Source: Octopus sinensis
Lineage: Eukaryota
Length of the DNA: 64,000 bases
Assembly: GCF_006345805.1 (NCBI RefSeq)
Contig: NC_042998.1
Span: 97,216,001-97,280,000, forward strand
Reading direction: 5' to 3'
Shown here one piece after another: positions 34,049 through 49,114 of the stretch. The stretch's first letter is position 1, and each line of letters opens with the position of its first letter. Under the pieces are notes generated by a model that saw nothing but the letters and a program-made list of their open reading frames with translations, was not told the origin of the DNA and made no database searches. The position numbers and the translations under genes are program-made.

Positions 34049-35539
34049 TTAGAATCCACAAAGAGGAGAAGTTTGCTTCTTTTGTAAATACAATTTCTGT
34101 TTCTTTTATTAATACAATTGTCTTAGGGATATCTCATACAGCATTTACACTGCTTTATATACAGAAGTCTTTTATCAAAACATGACAATACAATAGTATT
34201 GATTGAGACAACAGCCATGCACAATTTAAACTTTTGGCCTGAATATTTTTTTAGCATTGCTAGAACTTTTGTAAACAAAGCTGAAGATCAAACTAAATGC
34301 ATATAATCATCACTGGAAATATAAATATATTTTGTAGAGAAGATAGCAAATGAATTAATTCAAAAGTAAGCCTTTTAATACTAACCTGCCAGAGACTGAC
34401 CCTTGTTCTATGATACAAATTCCTGTTTTAAAATCATCTAAATTCTGTGTTGATTTAAGTTCCTAATGCCAGCTTAATAATGACAATTTTATTTTACTAA
34501 ATTCTTCCTTATTTTCAAAATTTATTGATATCAACAGGAGTATAGTAACAAAAGTGCTAAAATATCATTTAATTGTTTTTCAAGCCAATTCAGTGTATTT
34601 TGCGAAGTAGCACCAAATGGTAACATGATTTTCTGTATGGGTCAAAAACTACCATTATGTAACTTAGGAACATTGAAATGTAAAAGAATACGAAAAACTA
34701 TTTTAATTGTTTTCATTTTCACTTTGGGATGATTTAACCACATCAGGAGAATAACATATTGCCAATTTTCTTAAGGGCTACAAAGATATTAACAGAAATT
34801 ACTGTATTTGATGACATATAAGACAATCTTTTTTCATAAAAAAGTCTCAAAAATCATCTTGGTGATATATATGATGTTGGGTTTAAGCTTTAATGTACTA
34901 ATTACCATTTTACCCCTAAATATGCTCTGTTGAAATTTAGTTATTTCCAATAAACCTTTGAGTCTTTTATACCATCAAGTATGGTAGTAACCATACAAAC
35001 ATTAGACCTTGGTATAATAATTTTTGTAATTTTACCTAAATCAATATTGCCTTTAATCTTTTCATCATTGTTTTTGCTTATTAACATGGTTTGGTGTGCT
35101 TCAATAAGCTAAATAAAATAATGTTCATCAGACGATAAACCTAGTGCATTTTGAAAAGTAGTTGATGTTAGGAAGGACATCTAGTTATAGAACCCAAGCC
35201 CCAAAATTAAAACTATGACTGAGATGTTGTCCTCCAAACTTCTCAGGAGAACAGTTATGACCCTTCCAACTCATGCTAGCTTGAAAAACGAATGTAAAAT
35301 GATGATGGTGATGATGATGTGTGTATGTGTGTATGTGTGTGTGTGTGTGTGTGTGTGTTGTGTGTGTGTGTGTGTGTGTATGTATAAATGTGTATATAAA
35401 CCATCAGGAAAAGATTTAGTTTTGGATTTGTGCCAGGAAAGGATACTACTGATGTTCCCATCCAGGTGAGATAATTACAAGACAAATTCTTAGTTAAAAG
35501 CAGATCATTATATCTAGGATTTTGTTGCTATGAACACTG

Positions 35540-36560
35540 AGTGTAAATAAAAGGGTTTATAAGAACCATGCAAGCCATATACAGAGATGCTGTCAACATG
35601 TTGAGGGTTGGCAATGAGTTCAGCAAAGAATTTAATGTACAAGAAAGTATTCATCAAGGCTTGGTTCTCAAACCCTTCTTGTTTGTTATAATTCACAAGG
35701 AACTTAAAAGAACTGATAACCTGGTTCTCATAGTTGAATCTATTGAAAAATTAGAGAAGAAATTCCAGAAGTGGAAGCAAATCCTAGAATTGAGAGTGCA
35801 TCTAGGAAACAGCCATGCTTGATATCCAGAAAAAAAGAGTTCTATATAGTGTACTCAATGTGCACAGCACTTGCAGTACAATCAAAGACAGGCTGACAGA
35901 GAAGGAAGATTTTCTATGTGACAAATATACAGGAGTACTAAGCTGTAAAGGCACTCAAGAAACAACTTCTTTCAAATGCTCACAAGGCTCTGTAGAAGTA
36001 GTTGATAGTTTCTTTATCTCAGTGACCTAACAAGAAGTGGAGGTGGGTGTTCAGAAAGCATAATAGCCAGGATAAGAATGGAATATAAAAAAATTAAAGA
36101 GCCATTACTTCTGTTGGTAAGCAATAAATTTTCTCTCTGAGAGAAGGGTTTGATGTTTATGTATGAAGTGCATTGTTTCAGAGAAGGAAAAACAATGGCA
36201 TTAAAGACAGAGGATGTATGAAGGTAGGAAAAAAATATTAGATGAATATACTCTACAAGATATTTAATGTTAGTGTGTACAAATGAAAGAACACAAATGA
36301 GATGAGAGAAAAAACTATTGGGTATTAATGGAATCAGATGTAATATGTAAGAAAAACGGCTGTGATAGTAGGAAGTTGAGAGTTTGGTAAAGAATTACCA
36401 AGTAATTTATGAGAAAGGAATTTGGGTAAAATGAAGAAGTGTTGAAAGCTGGTCTTAGGATGCCAGAAATCATGAAAATAGCAATAGACTGTAACAAGTA
36501 GTGAGACACTGAGTTGGACAAGACCCACCTAACTCATGCAAACATGGAGAAATAGACATA
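35540..36560 (+). mobile_element. Degraded RTE LINE fragment
   Basis: FSKEFNVQESIHQGLVLKPFLF (RT) and VEVVDSF, followed by decayed RTE C-terminal motifs. Confidence 0.7.
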
Positions 36561-37467
36561 AAATAATGATGAAGATGTACACATGCACATATGATGTTCA
36601 CATTTACATGTATGTGTGTGTGTTTTGTGCAAGTCTAGAAAAACAGAAAAATGTTGATGATAATGTTGATATAACATTTTCTTTATAAAATTATTTTTAT
36701 ATAATTGTAATTGATCTATATGTATCCATTATGTATTCACACACACACACACACACACACAAGTCCTTATGTGGTGTTTAGGTAAGTGATTGTTGAAAAT
36801 AGTTGAATTTAAAGGATATTTGACAACATTTTACAACCATATATGGTATACCAGGTTCAGTTCCATTGCATGGTGCCTTGGGCTAATATCTTCTAATATA
36901 GCTCTAGGGTAACCTAAGAGTGAATTTCATAGACAAAAAAATGTCCGTTTCATACTAGCATGAAACAGTGAGCTTTCACACAGTTTTAGTCTATCAAACT
37001 CACTCACAGGTCAGCCTAGGGCTTCAGTAGAAGGTGTCATGCAATGGAACTGAACCCAAAAGCAAGCCATATACAGTTGTAAAATGTCAAATATCCTTTA
37101 AATTCAGTCTGCTGTGATGATTCAAACAAGTAACACATAGTATTTCTAAGGGTTTATTCTTTCCCTCTCTGAAGAGATTAATCTCAAATATATGATTTTA
37201 ATATTTTAAAATTTCACTGTGCTTAATTGAAACAGCTGTAAGAGATAATGATCGCTTTTTTTGCTGATAATAAACTCTTATTAACTTCAATATCTCCATT
37301 TTCTTATTCATTTGCATGACTATAAACCATCGTTTATATATAAACCTATTATTTTATGGATATTAAACTGCCACCAAATATATTAGGTATTGAACCAGTA
37401 TTTCCTTGGATGATACCATCCCTTCATGAGGCCAATATAACCTCTATTTGAATTATATACATATATG

Positions 37468-37502
<35 letters not shown>

Positions 37503-37699
37503 CTTTCTGTTAATATTCCCCCTGCCTTACTTGACGACTGGTGTTAGTTTGTTTACAACTCCATAACTTTGTAGTCTGGCAAAAGAAAACATTAGAGTAT
37601 GTACTAAACTTTAAAAAAACTATGTACTGGAGTTGATTTGTTCAATTAAACTCCTTCAAAGTGGTACTTCAGCATGGCTGCAATCAAGTGACTGAAACA

Positions 37700-37737
<38 letters not shown>

Positions 37738-38559
37738 GAGCTAAGGTAAATATCTGAGAGTAGCAAGTGGTACATAAACAAATGATGGCATATTAAATAT
37801 CATACAATTTATGTTCTTGATTTACTGAAATTTTCTATGCTTCCTAAGATGACAGAACAATTGCTAATTGGTAATGAGGAGCAACGCCAGATTAGAAGGG
37901 GAGGTAATCTGAAGAATCAATCATACAAAACTGACATGCCCTAAAAGAAAAGATAGTCTAATTGTCTAAGAGAAGGCATCTTCAGTACAGCAACTGTTTC
38001 ATCTAACTTCAGCTGCATGGGAGACTTAGACAAACATAAAATAAAGAGTAGAACACATTTATGGCCTAGAAAGTATATATATATATATATATAATATATA
38101 ATGTAAAATATTACATACATATATATATATACATAATGAGGTTGGCTTTAGGGGGTTTCTTGGTGCAGTTTGTGTGGAAGATGCTGATATATCTGAGAAT
38201 GGCAGGAAAGTAGAGGAAGACAGCTGTTCATTGGTTTGGTTGTGGAAGTCAGCAGAAAGAGCATCTTGCTGACTTTGAAACAAGTGGGAACTGAGCCACA
38301 CCTGTTCCAAGCATATGTATATATTATATTGTTTATAATATTAAAATATAACCCTAATATTTAATCTTGTAATTATGGAAGAATATTCAACATTTTTGGG
38401 TATAATTCAAAATTGCCAGCTCTGTTAACCAGATTTCAAAATAATTGGACTGTTTCAGAAAAGTCATTTACAACTCAAAAATTGTGTTTTATGGCATGTT
38501 ACAGGAGAATTACATCTTGCTGTATGTAGAATTATGTTATGTTCATAGTATTTAATTAT

Positions 38560-39760
38560 ATGGTATTTAATTATGTAAGATAGCATATTCATAGCTACAA
38601 CACTCCTCTTACAAGAAGACATATTCCACAATTCATTTGCAATACCAGTTCTGATTCCAACATTTGGAACGCTTGACTTTCTATAGAGGAAATCCACTCC
38701 ATAAACACTAAAAGCCACAAGATCTTAACATCAACTGGAAACTTCCATAGACACAGTGATATAGACAGGATCCACCAAAGAAGAGATAAAGGAAGTAAAT
38801 ACTTTAGATCAGTGCAAATAGCCCTCAAATGTCATATAGTATCTCTTATAGGATCTGCTAAACAATAGCAGGAAAAATAAATGCATAAACTTAGAGCTGA
38901 AAAGTGAAGAGAACATCTTACATGTTGATAGTGAGCTCCTCAGGAAGTAATCTCTTCCTGTCAACCTCCCATATAAACCCCAAACAGCTGGACTAAAATA
39001 CATCAAAGAAGACCTGAATATTAAACATTCAGCCTATCAAAAAAAGAAAAAAAAGTTTATGCATGGGTATGTTTCCCTAAGATTTGAAGATGACTCTAAT
39101 AATGACATGAAGTAAAGCCTTTCTTGAACTTGTGACCGTTATATCACATCACATTTTGAAAGTTGTGCATTTGCAATCCAAGTCCAAGAGATTGTTACAA
39201 AATACCTTATTAGCAAAGAAGACAGTGAAACCCTTGGAGTCTAAAGACGCAACTGAAAATATCATTTATGTCACATGTCTGTGGAAGACATCACAAGTGA
39301 TTAGCAGCTGCACAAAATGTCATCAAGGTACTAATTACCTTCCAATGTGATATAACATTGTTACTAAAACAATATACAATGCCAGCCAAAAAAAAGACCG
39401 ACCTGCAATAACTCCACTGTTATATGAATATCGGCACAAAGAATATTGGTGGAATGTTCCCATCAAAACTTCTACCAAGTGCAAACATAACAGGCCAGAT
39501 ATTGTGGTATAAGACAAACATGAAAAAGCATGTACCATCATAGAGGTCAGCTGATATAAATATCTATCTGAAAATCAAAGAGAAAGAGGATAGCTATGGA
39601 CAACTACTTTGAAACTTCCTGCTTCTATATTTAGATTATAAATTATATGAATATCACATTTATACTAATAATGACTAATGCACTTGGTTTTGTTATAAAA
39701 AATGCTAGAGTGGCAATCTGGAAAAACAAGGGTTTTTAGAAAAAGAAATCAGCCAAATAC
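38560..39760 (+). mobile_element. Old, degraded RLE-type LINE (R4-like), 3' part
   Basis: Broken frames PVLIPTFGTLD, FHRHSDIDRIHQRRDKG, a zinc-knuckle-like region followed by ISSCTKMSSRY, and KHEKACTIIEVS; many stops and frameshifts. Confidence 0.65.
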
Positions 39761-40484
39761 AATCTGTAAACAGAACAGTAAAGTTCAAAATGTGACATTG
39801 TTTTTGCTATCAGGATTCTGATGATGGAGCTTTGTGTCTTTGTTAGAAACAAGCTCCTACCTAACAAGTAGACTTCAAATAATTAAAAATAGAAAAGAAC
39901 ATAATACATACATATAAACTATGAGTTTTTAGATGCTATTTTGAATGATGCTTAGAGCAATGTATTCTCCTGAGACTATATCTAAGGTCACCAAAATAAA
40001 GGCAGATTCAACATCAGTTGTACCAAGTAGCTCTCTTACTGAGAATGTTTGCCAGGCTGGATGATAGCCTGGGGTCTTTCTCTTGATTACATTTTCATTG
40101 CAAGCAGTGTTTCACAAGTTCTATTGTGCAGAACTTCATTAATTCTTTACAGAGAAAGATCTTCAGAAGAATATAAGATAGACTGTGCTTCTAGTAAATT
40201 TTGTGCAGTGTGTGTGTCTGTGTGTATAAGTGGTTGAGTATTCCACAGATACATGTACTCCTTATGTGATACTCAGGCAGAATCAGTATGATATAGCTGG
40301 ACCTTTAAATGAAAAGTAAAATCCACTGAATGGGCTTCAGTGAAGTTTCTGTCAACCTAACTACACTCACAAGACTTGGGTTGATCCAAGTACATTATGA
40401 AAGATATATCCTCAAGATGCCATATAATGAAGTCAAACTCAGGTTCTCATGATTGGGAAGCAAAACTTCTGTTCTACACTCACC

Positions 40485-40598
<114 letters not shown>

Positions 40599-43279
40599 TG
40601 TATTTACATCAGCATCAGCATCATTATTGTCAATTAATGTCTGTCTTTAATACTGATATGAGTTGGATGCTTTAATAAGACATGACTATCCAAAGGGCTG
40701 TGTTAGTCTCCAGTGTCTGCTTTGTCAAGATTTCTATGGCTGGATACCATTTCCAATGCCAGCCACTTTACAGAATATACTGGGTACTTTTTATGTGGCT
40801 ACACCATGAGTAGAGTCACCAAGTAACTCACAAGACAAGACAAGGCCCTTCACAGAGTTTAGGCAGAGTGTTGAGGGAGGTGACTTTGTGCCAGGTGTTG
40901 AGGATTAACAAGGAAAGAAGGACAGGAACAGGTGTTTTACTGTAGAGGAGTTACAGGCAAGACATATATGAATAACTTCAAAATTGATAACACTTAGCTT
41001 CATGATTCAAAATTATGAGAGATTGCTTTTGAAATATCTCTCAGTGAAGCATCATATGGTTGTTAGAGAAATGTACAATAAAAATATTATCAGGAAAAAG
41101 AAGTAAATGGTAACTAAAAAGATTGATGCTAATGAACTGATGATTCATGAGAATATGGAAGAAATCTAAAAACATAGAAAAATAATAAAATAATATAAAA
41201 TTAAAGTATATCCTACCTGATATTGTTATCTTAGAAAATATATTGTTCTGATGGGAATCAGCTCTCTACTTGAAGTTGATGTCAGATAAATACAGTGTAA
41301 AGATGGGTCGAGTATGTAAATTTTACCATTCTGGTTCAAGCTTATACTAATAACTATTGGAGTTAATAATGGGTTGAATAGTAGCTTGCCTCAATGTTTG
41401 CTTGGTAAACTGTGTTTTGAGAGCACAAGTGTAAGACTTTCAAATCAGTGTCAGTTAAAAAAAAACAACTTTTTTTAAAATTCAAAGTACGAATGGTTAT
41501 AGAATGTGTTCTAGAACACAGAATATTTCCACTCTTTCTCTTTCTCTCTCTTATGTTTGCTTTCTTTTTATAACCTTGTCACAACTGGGAAGTGACTCAT
41601 TAAAACAAACAATATCAATTTAATTAGGAAATACATATATGAACATACAGACATACATACATACAGACACATGCAAACACACACACATACACATACATAT
41701 AATCCTTTCTACTATTGGCACAAGGCCTGAAATTTAGGGGTGAGGTATAGTCAATTACATCGACCCTAGTACTCAACTGGTACTTATTCTATCAACCTCA
41801 AAATGATGAAACGTGAAGTGACCTTGGCAGAATTTGAACTCAAAATGGACAAAATGCTGTTCAGCATTTTGCCTGATGTACTAACGGTTCAGCCAGCTTG
41901 CCACCTTATGCACATACATATAATAAAAATAAAAAGGGAAACAATACAAATATATCTATGGAATGAATTTGGAGAATTACTAGTAACCTCACTGGTGCTG
42001 TACTGGTGTTATAAAAAGTATCCAATGCACTCTGTAAAGTAGTTGGCACTAGGAAGGCCATTTTGCCAAAGAAACTACCAAAACAGACTGTGTAGCTTGC
42101 TGCAGTCCAGTGGTGTGCCAACTTCTGATGAACTGTCTAACCCATGCTAGCATGGGAAATAGATGTTAAATGGTGATGGCAGTAGTGAAGTTGAAAAGTG
42201 ATCTATTCTGAATTCTACACAAAAAATTCTTAATTTATAAAAATTTTAAAGTTGTATAAAGACATCAACAACCTAGTGGCAATTGTTAGAAATTCACTGA
42301 GAAAAGGGGAGATAATTTCAAGAAATTAAGTATTAATTTCTGTTGTTAATTTACATGTTTAAGGAAAGGACAGCCTGACTTTTGTTTGCAGGCAAGGGAC
42401 AACTATGATCATGTTTCTGTCTATAAGACTTCATGTGCTTAGTATTATCTAATCAAGCATACAGATCAGTGGATAAATTTTTGCATACAGAAAAAAGTCA
42501 TATACTATCCATATTCATGCTATTAGCTATCTGAGTTATTTCCCTTAGCTTAATTTTAATTACGGTAATTATTCTGATCCAAAATAAATCAACTATTTAC
42601 TAAAGACAGACAGGTTTTGAGGCATATAGATATATAGAGTGATCAATTCATAAAAAAATGCAAACACTTGCAAACATATATATAGTCACATATTCTTGAA
42701 ATTTTATTATTTGAGGCTTATTGATTGTCCAAGACTGGTGAAAAGGAGGTGAGTGAAGTGTATTCTCAAGCTGAAAACCTGGCCTAAATGTTTACAGCAG
42801 ATATTGAAGGAGTAGGTAATGATTAATGAGACATAGATTAAACCTTCCATTGAAGTAGGCTACCATGGAATTGGAACCCCAAATTCTAACACCAATAGTG
42901 CAAGGTATCTTGCCTGACATTTCCGGTGACTCCACCAGATAAAAATCTGCCAGTTTTTATCTCTCCGCTCCAAAGGCAGAAGTTGGATTTATCCAATGTT
43001 TATTGGCTTCCCTTACTGGCTGCTAATTCTGGTGAACTATATCTGCTAACATTATGAACTAACTCCGAGCCTCCAGAAACAGCTGTTGGACTTGTAATAC
43101 CATACTTTCTCCCTTTTATTTTTCTGTGTCATTGTACTCCGTGTATGTTTGCTCTTTTAATATATAAACATCTATATATTTAAACTTGTCTGACAATTTT
43201 CAGTCTTTACTTTCTCTCTATTTACATCTATATATATATTCTATATCAAACTCAAGCAGTTATATTTGTTTATTTGCAC

Positions 43280-43344
<65 letters not shown>

Positions 43345-46300
43345 CTTTGGGCATAATCTGGTGATGTCAGCTGTTACATTAACTGCTCTTTTATTACTTT
43401 TTATGTATTTTACATATATATGTGTGTATGTATTTATGCATTCATACATAGCGCAGGCATGACTATGTGGTAAGTAGCTTGCTTACCAACCACATGGCTC
43501 CGGGTTCAGTCCCACTGAATGGCACCTTGGATAAGTGTCTTCTGCTATAGACTTAGACCAACCAAAACCTTTTGAGTGGATTTGGCAGACAGAAACTGAA
43601 AAGAGCCTGTTGTATATATATGTATTTATGTGTGTGTGTCTTTGTGTCTGTGTTTGTCTCCCCCACTGCCACCATCGTTTGACAACCGATGTTGGTGTGT
43701 CTACATCCCCATAACTTAGTGGTTTGGTGAAAGAGATTGGTAGAATAAGTACTAGGCTTACAAAGAATAAGTCATGGGGTCAATTTCTTCGACTAAAAGA
43801 CCCGTTAATGTGGTACTCCAGCATGGCCGCAGTCAAATGACTGAAACAAGTAAAAGAATAAATATTCATTCATTTCTTTTATATGCTTGTTTTTCCGAGC
43901 TAACATGGGTTAGATAATGTATTATTGAGGCATTGTTTTACAGCTGGATGCTCTTCCTGTTGCTAACCCTTACCTGTTTTTCAAGTAATGGCTCCCTTAT
44001 TACATATAACTTTCAAGGCACAAAGCTGGTAGGTGATTTGTTGACAGGGAAAATAACAATATTATTTCTTGTAGCAAATGATATTTAATGAAGTGCAAAT
44101 GTAAACACAGAGACACATGCATACACAATACATACATACATATTGGATTATATGATGAGCTTCTTTCAGTCTCTACCTACCAAATCCATTCACACTTAAA
44201 AATATAGATATTGAAAGAAGTGACTACATATATCAATCTGTTAAAACAAAATTACCTCCTGTCATTACTGAAGCTAAAAATAAACATATTTATATGACTT
44301 TTTTGTGCAGATTTTAAAAAATAAAGGCACATACCAATCATATACATACATCAGATCAAATTCACACACAACAGAAAATTATGTTTCTTAAGCTAACTGT
44401 CTTACACAACTGGGGTCACTGAAGTGTGAAAACCCTAAAGGAATGCACTTTGATTTTTAAAAGTATCATGAAAAAGAAAAACAACTTTTAAAAGTAAGTT
44501 TAAAAGCAATGTTAGTGATACCCCATACTTCTTTTACAATTATTTCTTTTAGCTGTGAATATTGTATTAATGTTCACATGCATATTAGGAAGTATCTTCT
44601 GCTGATACCACAAAAAATTAATGTTTAGTTTAGTATAACAATAAATATCAAAACATTAGTAAAATCACGACAGGGTATTTTGGTACTTTTTCTTTTCATG
44701 CTGGTTGTATGCTGGTTATGATTCTCAAAAGTGTCTTTTTCATTTATTTTTGTTGTTTTTTTCTTTTAAGTTTTCAATTAAATTTCAAATTTGTTGGTGC
44801 TAGAAGTTAGATTTAAATTGCACATCCTCTAAAAATGTGATATCACCTATCAATACAATATTTCTAGTTCAAGCTAAAAATAGAGCCTGCTAGGAATAGC
44901 ACCCAAATCTCATTTAAATTCCATTTTAGCGTCTTGAAAACAAAAAGATCTCATTGCTTAATGATGTAGATTTAGATAATTTAGGCAGTATTATCTGCCT
45001 AAAAAAAAAACAAATGAAAAATCATTGTCATGAATAGAATGCCTGATCATTGATCTGTTGTAGTTGTACTGACATAGGATCTTGGGTCTATGTCAGCTCT
45101 AATACAGCAGATATATCATCATGTATTCCTTTCAAGTATTCATGAGATGTTATATTCTCTCCATTTTCCATTTCCTCTTTCTCTCTTTTGTCATTTATAT
45201 AAGCAGACCTATGACTAAATGTATTTCAGCAATGATCATCCTGCTCTGTTTGGAACACAATGTATCTGGGACAAAATTATCCAATGTGTTCTTAGGACAC
45301 ATAGAGTTGCATTTGAGGGAGATTGAATGTGAGATTTAACTGTTATTTATAACAGGTTGAGTAACCTCATTGGTTTGAGCTATCTTACTTGTTAATAGGA
45401 TCACTTATTTCTGAAATTCCTTTTAGTTATAATTGTTGATTCTCTTTATCCACCAGTTAAAATATCATTGCATTATTAGAAATTATTCAGGAATAAAAGG
45501 TTACATATTTAGTGGGGTTGATTTCTTTAACTACACTTCTCAAGGCTGTGGCCCAGTATGACTACACTCCAATGACTGAAACTAGTAAGAGATAAAAGAT
45601 ATGTGAACCATATCTTTAAAACTAGTTTGAATTCTTTTGGATATTGTAGTCCAGCTTAAATAAAAATTGCATCTCTTATGAGTTGTAGTATTGCACACAA
45701 AACTATCTATATTTTATTCATTTTATCCTAATTCTTATTAAGTTTATTTACCTTTATTAATTAAAAGCAGTCATTTTCTTATTGAAGAATATTTGTAAAT
45801 TTTATTAGTTTAATTTTGTTCTTACTTTGATTTGAGTATTTTCTTCTAAGCTTTAAAATGCTATTTTTTTCAAATCCTGTTGGATCAGATGCATACCTTC
45901 ATGTAAGGAAACCTTAATAACCAGAAACCTTAACAATGATCAAACCATGAGATAAATGGATAAAATTACCTCCATACACGTCCCTGTCTGTATAGTTTAA
46001 AATATACCAGTTTTATATAAGATTAGATAGGAAGCATGCTATATTAAAGTAGTAGTGATTATTTTGTGAAGGTACATGGCCTAATGGTTAAGGAGTTTGG
46101 TTCATGATTGTAAGGTTGTAGGTTCAATTCCTGGGCTTGTCCTTGAACAAACCACTGCATTTCATGTTGCTTCAGCCTACTCAGCTGTAATGGGTACCAG
46201 TCATATTTTTCTCCTTCCAGCTGTCACACCCTGGAAGTTCTGCTGGGTTAAGTGTAAGTGAGGCCTAAAAGGGTGTCTATATCTGCTTGTAACATTATAG

Positions 46301-49114
46301 GTACCTCAAACATCAGTGAAAGCATGGTGTATATTATCAAGCCAAACTCACCTGCAGGTGACAACTGGCTATACAGAGATTATTTTAAAATCAAATATGA
46401 GTTAAATGCTAATTATATTATGATAATTCCTTATAATCTTCTCTTGTGTAAAATAAATATTAATTCAAAACAGATCGTGTTTAATTTACATAACAGTTTT
46501 AATGAGTTTTACATCTTTCTTTATTTTTGTATTAATATGGATAGTAAATTGGCTAATATGAAAACTGGTTATGTGAATTTTTGATAATGGTAGTTTTTAA
46601 TGTTAGTGCCATTTTTTAAAAATGCAAATGAAGCAATTGTAAAGAAAACCTCCAAAAAGATAAAAATAGGTCTCATAAAATTAAATTATAATTACATGAG
46701 AAACAGAAATGTTATAAGATTTACATGTGATAATAATAATAGACTGTATCAAACTGGCAGTATTATGCAGGCATGGCAACATAGTCTTGTTAGATAATTA
46801 CACTATTTCATAATATCAACCTGATCATCAACATATATCGGTGTGACAAGGAATAGATGTAACTGCTATGGTTCAGTTATATCAGTACACATTATGAAAT
46901 AACGTTTACAAAAATGCTATTTCAACATTACATAGTTTTGTTGTTATAAAAGGGATATACTGCATAATATCTTGTGTCAGGAAGGAATGAAATTATTTAA
47001 TACGACTAAGAAAGATCAAAGCTATTGAAATACCTCTTTAATAGATTTTATATGAAATAGAATCTATTTAAGTAGAATCAGTTGTCATAAATAAAAGTGA
47101 GAATGAAAACACTGAAATCATTTCAACAGCTTTCAGTGTTTGTATTAATGAAATGATTTCAGTGTTTGTGTCAGTATACAAACTCCCAGCTTCTCAAAAC
47201 TCTTTCCTAACTTGCAAGACACATCATAATTGGAAATTTTAACAATCATAGGAGAAGATGGAGGCTATTTGTGGTTGACATTGAGAGATACCAGTCTCCA
47301 CAAAGATAGATTCTTTTTCTATGAAAACAATATATTGAGCAATGTGAAACTGATGAGCAATACTGTCTAGGAGTGCAAAAAAAACAACCTGGAATGTTTT
47401 AAAAGAGACAACAGATATAAATGAGAAAAATGACATGGAAAGACGAACTGAAGAGGTGTGATCACAGCAAATTTTTATGACTGTTAAACAAATTACATAT
47501 TAATTGCAACTGAATGGTAAATTTACTAAAGAAATAATCAAGAATACAACAAAAAAAACACACTGTTTAATGCTGGCTTAGAAGATAATCCACCATGTAT
47601 GATAATCCACAAGGAAAGAACAGGATTTTGACTTAAAGAAAAACTTTGCATCCATGTATTATATTGGCTACCATCACTGCACTAGTCATTTTACTTCATT
47701 AAACAATCAAATTTCTACTGAAGAATAACTTTTAAAATAATTTTATAACCAAATTTATAGACAAAAACTCAATAATTAAGACTTAATTTTAATTATGGTA
47801 GAAGAAATTTTCATTTAGAACTTAAATTGTTTTGACTAATTATTTATTGATGTATTCTTGTTATATTTAGTAAAATATTTGTTTTACCATTACTTTTTAA
47901 CATATAATTTTTTTTATTGAAGGTAATTAAGGATTTAAATTATCATTCACCTTACAGTAAATATAATGATTATTTAATATAATTTTATGATGTCAAAATT
48001 GTTATGAAATGATTGGTTTGTATAAATAGTTATTGAAGGAGCAAGATTTTTAGTTTCGTTATTTTTTTTTAAACAAAGAAGCCAATTTGATAAAGAGAAA
48101 TAAATTTAATTTAAGCTGATAATGAGAAGAAAATCCTTTAAAGTTTTATATTGACATTTTCCTTCCATTAAACTTGTTTCGTTATTTTGATATAAGATTA
48201 CTATATATTCATATACTCTGCTTTAATATTGTTAAGTTCATTAAAACACATATTTTCTAGTTAACTTAGTTTATTTAGGGTCAATATTTTGGTCAAGTTT
48301 TGGTTTTAAATTCCAAAATTGGACAACAATACAATGGAAAAGTTTTTCTCTTCCAGATTATTGTTCTCTTTGCATGACATCAACATGAAACCAAGGAAGA
48401 AGAAAAAAATTCAGCCATTTTGAGTGATAGGTTGCCAGTTGTTTTCTCAACATCTTCAACTAGTTGGGGTTTTTTCGTCGCATAATTTCTCTTAATAGAT
48501 GATAATGAGGTATTTCCTCTGTTCCAGTTTGTGACGCTTTAACAAGAAGAAAAAAAAAAAACATTTTCCAGATTGATTATCTTTTTTTGTTTCACATGAA
48601 ATATGAATATTAGTTAAATGAATCAAACATGTCGATAACTTAGTCACATCTAATAATTAGGTTAAGAACGAAACAAAATATCTGAGCAAAAGGAAGAAAC
48701 AAATCTTTTGATATTAAGATGTTTTGGAAGAATAATCTTCTCATTATTTCATATATAAGGAAAAATAAAAAATAAAAAGTGTTAAATGATAGATACAAAA
48801 ATATAATTCAAACCAATATTAAATTTTAAAAAATTAATTATTTGCTTTTATGTTGAAGACACTATTGCCAAGTAATGTCACATGCAAAATACAAAAACCC
48901 ATCATAACTGATATAATAATGAATGTACCATTAAATAAGCTTAAGTTATACTATCATGGGATTTTCTTCTATAAACTGTTTATGACAAACAATAAATAAA
49001 TGTGTTACTATGTCGTAGGATCTTCATTATCAGAATCTAAGAATTTTATTATTTAAAAAGTCTAAGCCAAAATGTAAATGTTCCATACTTTTATGATTTG
49101 TGTGTGTGTGTGTA

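Noticed and set aside
39818-39857. CTGATGA followed by a 7-bp stem ggagctt/aagctcc
   Set aside because: No GAAA after the stem and no stem I partner.
44400-46370. Micro-exon candidates of 17-29 nt near 44410, 45390, 45970 and 46350
   Set aside because: Short AG...GT pairs arise by chance at this density, and nothing independent supports them without RNA-seq.
47447-47475. CTGAAGA-ggtgtgatcacagc-aaat; similar case at about 37169
   Set aside because: GAAA, the cleavage triplet and stem I are not recoverable; could be chance.
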